Source of the DNA: Mizuhopecten yessoensis
Taxonomy: Eukaryota
Direction: 5' to 3'
DNA length: 64,000 nucleotides
NCBI RefSeq assembly: GCF_002113885.1
Contig: NW_018404676.1
Location: forward strand, 879,740 to 943,739
Shown: in pieces, positions 50,701-56,700 of the stretch
How the letters are laid out: each line of letters opens with the position of its first letter
Position numbering within the stretch: the first letter of the stretch is position 1
Translations under genes and position numbers: made by a program
The notes under the pieces: model-generated
What the model saw: only the letters and a program-made list of their open reading frames with translations
What the model was told of the DNA's origin: nothing
Database searches by the model: none

Positions 50701-53700
50701 CTTTAAAAGGACTGTAATGTTCCAGTAAACATCCAGTATTTATAATCATGTATGTACATGTATAATATAACCGTCACCTTACATTTACATGTATACATTT
50801 AATCTTTATTCTTAATCATCCTGTATAAATCAATTAATCGCAAAGCCTATCTTAGTAATAAGTTAATGACTATTCATGATATTTTCCTTTTGTTTATGGC
50901 CATTGTAGCTCAGTTGCCCATGCACACAGAGTCGGAATTCATTCATAATTCTGATCAGGCGGATGACTGTTACGATGGGCATATTGGAGGTGACTTATAT
51001 TCACTTGTATTCTCAGGAATGTTTTTGCATTTTCCCTGCTTTTTTCACTTTGCCATGTTTTTTAATCTTTGTGTAGCCAGGTTTTCTGTGTGGCACACAG
51101 TCAACAGCTCTGCATTCATCTCTAAAGTAGAGCAACAGTGATGTACACTTTATCCCTGAATGTCCGTCTCTTACTGTACCAGTTTATAGTCAATTTATTT
51201 TGTAATAATGTGAGCAAAAACTATATATACTGATACTTGGATAGTTGTTGGTCATATAGGAAAAGGGTTACCTCCCCTATCACATAACACTCCTCTATAA
51301 TATACTCTTTAACATGAAATGTTCGCTGTGTAGAAACATTCATGGTTTTCGTGTTTTTTATGGATCATTGAAAATAAATACAGATTGTACAACAAATTTG
51401 ATTGATATACTTGACTACTGTGTGTTTATAAGGTCCATCTACAGAAGTTTGTATCACAAATGGCTATAAACAACGAAAGAAAATAACGAACATTTTGTGT
51501 TATACCATTAGTACCCAAAATCGACACTGGAACAGTTTTACATAATATGTGAAAACTTTCCATTGGATTACAGAACTTTTATCCTGTATGACGAACATTT
51601 TATCCTCTCAATTTTGAATATCACAGTGACTATAATATTTCATGTTCAATTATGAAAATTCAGATTTTAAGTTTTGATACTTTGTTTATCACGATAGATG
51701 CACATTTGAGGGGATACGGGATTCAGCTGTTGCGCTAATCTTTGTGTTTGTCATTTTTACTTGTTTTGTCCTCTCGTCGTCACTAAGCAGTTTACCAGGA
51801 TGTCTCCAGGGGATACCAGTCTTCTCCAATAGATATCTCTCTCTATATAACACCGGTCTTTTTGATACCATTGTGATGTCAAGGTCAAATGTTTGTGCTA
51901 ACTTACAGAGTAATGAACATAAAATATATACTATAATAAGACTTCTTTGATGAATGTTCTTGATGTCATAATATTCAAAGTGAAATGGTGTCCAGATTTA
52001 ATTCCAATATTACATATTGAAGCGGGTTACCAAGTTTGAGGTCATAGTTTAAAGGTCAAGGAGATGACCTCAAACTGAATCCACAGCTATCATTAATTGA
52101 ATCAGGAATGTTAAACTTGTTAATGATAAATTGTTTAACATAGAACTGCCTCTGTGAGTGTTACTACTATTGTCAGGTGATGTGTTGTGATGTAAATTGT
52201 GTAGTGTTACGTATGCTGCCTCCCTAATGTATGTCTACAAACACTTGGCTTCCCGGAGTCCTGCACAGAATAACACAACAAATACCTATGATATATAATC
52301 TATGATTTTGAGTTGGTATGAAGTTCCATATATCTGGAGAATTTCTCAGCTAAAAGCTATCTTTTAAAAGAGAAAGATGGCATGACATTCCACAGTATCT
52401 TGGTGATTACTTCAGAAGTACTCTAGTTTGGTCAACACATACCCTTGCCCTTTCTCTACAGAGGTCATGCCCTTCACCACAAGTGCTGGGTGTGATATGT
52501 GGTGTACTAGTACCCCTGGAGCATGCCTTGATATAACTTTGTTACGTCATGTCATCTTTTATCTTGGTACAAGAGCAAGTCACCAGACACTGTCCTGTTA
52601 TGTAAACTTTTTTTTTAATTTTATTTTCTAAATGTCATATATATTTGTCGGAGTGTTAAATTGAGCATTGCAATACTAGGAAGTAATATTATCCTAAGGC
52701 TTGTAAACAAGACTCGCAAAAATAAGTCAACATTTTCAGCACAACTAGACAAGAGTGCTGCTCTTGACCTTGCTGAAAAGCTTTATTGAAAAATGGGAAA
52801 AAATATTGTGGTAAATATGTTATTTCTAACAGTATAACCACCCTTGATAACTTGATAAAGAAAGGATTTCTAAAGCAATACTGTTTGAAACAGTTTTATC
52901 ATTTGACAGAAAAGGTAGTTTTGCCAACATATCATTAGCCTAGCTAAATATAAAGTACTGCTCTGCATAATATTGCAGCTATGATTAAATGTAATGTGTT
53001 ATCTCTTTAGAGTGAGATTGTAATATACATTCTTGTATTGGAAGTAAATTCTAAAATGTTTGTCTTATTTAATGTTAAACCACAGGGTGATCATTTTTAC
53101 TCCATTCTAAATCATTTGTATGCATTTTGAAATTATTTTCTTGACTCTGTGCTTGAGCTTAATGGGTTTTTTTTCTTTTCTCTTCTTGTCATCATCATGA
53201 ATTTTTATTTAAAAATATTTCCTGGTTTATTCTTTTTTAGTAATCATTTTTTATAAACTGATGAGCAAACTGTGTAAATATTGTGATTTTATACCTAGGG
53301 GCGGAAGATGAGACGCTGGAAGACTCAGAGTTGAGGGAAATATTTACAGGTATCATGTGGTATAGAGTTGTCTTTCCTGATGAGTGCAGAGTTGTACTGC
53401 GATGGAGACGAGGTTGTTTCAGACTGCTTTGTGTAGAATGCTCAGGCAATTCTTGTGGTCGGAATGGCAAAAACCTTATTATTATTGTTTTTGCAGGTTT
53501 ATGGGCTTTGGTTTTATTTATTGAATTAAACTTTATAGCATTTCGGTGAAAAAGTTCTTTCAAATTTGCTTTAGGTTTGCATGATTTTTGCTAAAATATC
53601 AAATTTATAAGTGTTATCTACTTCTTTGAATAAAGAAGGAAACAATTGTTTAATAAATATTTAAAGACTTTGGTGAAGTCTAATTGCTCCCCTTACATGG

Positions 53701-56700
53701 AAGATAAATACATTTAAAAGCAAAAAATTACTAAGAAAAAAAGAAATTCATTAGTACGAGAAATTCAAATGCTATGTGAAATGCATGAGCATGCTATAGA
53801 ATGAGTCTGAAATGCTGTGTGGCTCACCTTACTGGCTACACAGGTGTGGGCTTTCCCAATCTTCTGGCTTTTTTTGACACTTTGGCTTTGTCATCAGTTT
53901 GTTTTACTTCTTTTCATTACTTTTTTTACTTCTGTTGGAATTCTTTAATTTGATGTAGATTGATTTATTGCAGCTTTTGACTAACTTGTAAATGTTGCAT
54001 CTAGTGCCAGCTTTCTAGAGGATAGAGGACGTTAACAGTTAACATTGTCCAGTAGGAAACATGACTAGTAATTGGTCAGTCGATGCTATTATACCTATAA
54101 GCCAATGAGATGTCAGATCATGGTCACATAGATTTCAATGCTTGATGCATTCTTATAAATAGGATGATCACTTACGTAAAATATATATTTGCCAAATCAT
54201 TTGTGTCCGTTAATAATGATTGAAAGACAGCTTGAAACTTATGTAAATAACATTCGTTTGATTCAGCAACATATTTCATCATGCAGCATCTATCAGGAAT
54301 GGTCGAATTCATGAGTAATGGTCAATGTCATCGGTAAAAGTCAAGGTCATCAGTAATGGTCAATATCATCGGTAAAAGTCAAGGTCATCAGTAATCATCA
54401 ATATCATCGGTAAATGTCAAGGTCATCAGTAAAAGTCAAGGTCATCAGTAATCGTCAATATCATCGGTAAAAGTCAAGGTCATCAGTCTTCGTCACGGTC
54501 ATCAGGAATGGTCAATTTCATTGATAATAGTCATGGTCATCAGTAATGGTCAAATTCATTTGTAATGGTTAAAGTCTAAGATTGCTCAACATGTAAACCA
54601 TCTGTTCAATTTCACCTGTTGTATATTATTTAGCATCACATATAAACTTGATGTTATGCTAGTAATGTGATGTAACATAGCAATGAAACAGGAAGTTCCC
54701 AGTAATTCTAGTGATGCACTAATGTTGATATCACATGACAATGTCCTGAATATTGATTGGTTAATCATCAAACACCAGTAGGTGGTGTGAACGTTTTTTT
54801 TTATACTATCTCAGTACTACATGTCAGTGGGACATATCGAACAGGTAATACTAGATAATGTAACAGCTAGTCATGTACTAAACACTTCAATGTTGTCTGA
54901 TGCTGAGATAAATATTATCTGCTGTGATCTTGTGGTGACTCAGGATGGAGTAGAGTGATCAGCCATGGAGCTGCTTCTTCTGTCTGACCTGAGCATAGTG
55001 AACGTGTAAATGTCTTCAACGTCAGGCAGAAAAAGCAATCCATGTACTAGTTACTTACATTTCCATCATTCAGAAGACTTATTGACTAACTGCTTACATT
55101 GTACACAGAATCTTTCATGATATGAATGGATATTTCATTGTCTTCTTGCTATTCATTAATCAGAAAATGTTTCAAAGAGAGTATTATTCATGTATTAGTT
55201 CCTCAAGAACTCTTTATGTAATTGTGTTATTTTCTGTTTGACTCTCTCCTTGCACACCTATGTTTGATGCTGTAGTGTGTTATACGACACTGTTGTGATC
55301 ACACTACACAGTGTCCCTACACACCCTCAATGAAGAGACATGTCACACCAGAGAGGTGTGGCCCCCTCAATACACTCGCACAACTGTTTGACTCTCTCCA
55401 TGCACACCTAGGTTAGATGTGAAGTGTGTTAGACACTTGTGATAACACTACACAGTGTCCCTACACACCCTCAATGAAGAGACATGTCACACCAGAGAGG
55501 TGTGGCCCCCTCAATACACTCTAACAACTGTTTGACTCTCTCCTTGTACACCTAGGTTAGATGTGAAGTGTGTTAGACACTTGTGATCACACTAAACACA
55601 CTTGTGATCACACTACACAGTGTCCCTACACACCCTCAATGAAGAGACATGTCACACCAGAGAGGTGTGGCCCCCTCAATACACTCTCACAACTGTTTGA
55701 CTCTCTCCTTGCACATGTACACCTATAGGTTTGATGTGAAGTGTGTTAGACACTGTTGTGATCACAGTTAACGCAGAGCCTCTTCACATCCTGGGGTAAT
55801 TATAGACATGCAGCACCTGATAGGCATGGCCCCCATGATACAACACACTACATACCTACCCACTACTACCATCCTTGACAAAATAACACGCATCAATTCA
55901 TTTCCCCCCCTCCTCCAGATTCATTTTCAATTTTCCGTACATAATCGTTCAAACAAAAGTTCATTTAAGTGTATTTGTGTAAATCTTGATCATTTGCTGT
56001 ATAATTTATGAAATAGAGCAATATTCGAGAGCAGTCAAAAGATGGATATGTAAGGTCCACTCTTTGACAAGTACAACTACAATTGTTTGAATCCTCATTT
56101 CCGATTGGTTGTGCTTAGCTTTTGAGCAGGGTGAATTCTATAGTCTGATTGGTTGTTGAATGAGGTGAATCTTCATGCAAGACTGATTGGCTGTCGCGTT
56201 TGGGTGGAGGGGGAATTTAAACAATTTGGTGTATATTAATTTGCTTTATTTCTGAGGCTTTCAAATGCTCTTGTTTTGATGTTGAAATTTAGATTGTCCC
56301 ATTATAAGACTATTGACTGTACATAACATAGTAGAGAGATTGATACATCATTTTCTGATTACTACATATCTTATTAACCATAACTGTTCTTATCAAATGA
56401 TTTTCTATCTTTGAGAAAAAGCTTTTTAATGGAATAAAGTGTTTATGTCAATATCAATTTATTTTCGATAAATAAATGTATACTATATATGAATATTTTA
56501 TATACAGTTATCTCATATATATTCCTCATATATTCACCATTAATGTTGCATGCGTTCAGTTTGATTTTACAGTGCCCTGGACAGATCATAAAGAGTAACC
56601 CAAATAATGTCATGTGTCACAAATGTGTATCTAACGTGATCCTTGTCATTTTTAGCTGCTCAGGTCTCTGAGGATGTTGTCGAGGCAATGACCAACACCG

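Noticed and set aside
51791-51876. Possible alternative terminal exon (VYQDVSRGYQSSPIDISLYITPVFLIPL*) after a NAGNAG acceptor
   Set aside because: The acceptor is plausible, but there is no phase-1 donor and no independent support; RNA-seq is needed.
52462-52566. Strong acceptor cccttgccctttctctacag followed by an open frame (EVMPFTTSAG...)
   Set aside because: Only weak or out-of-phase donors follow; insufficient evidence to call an exon.
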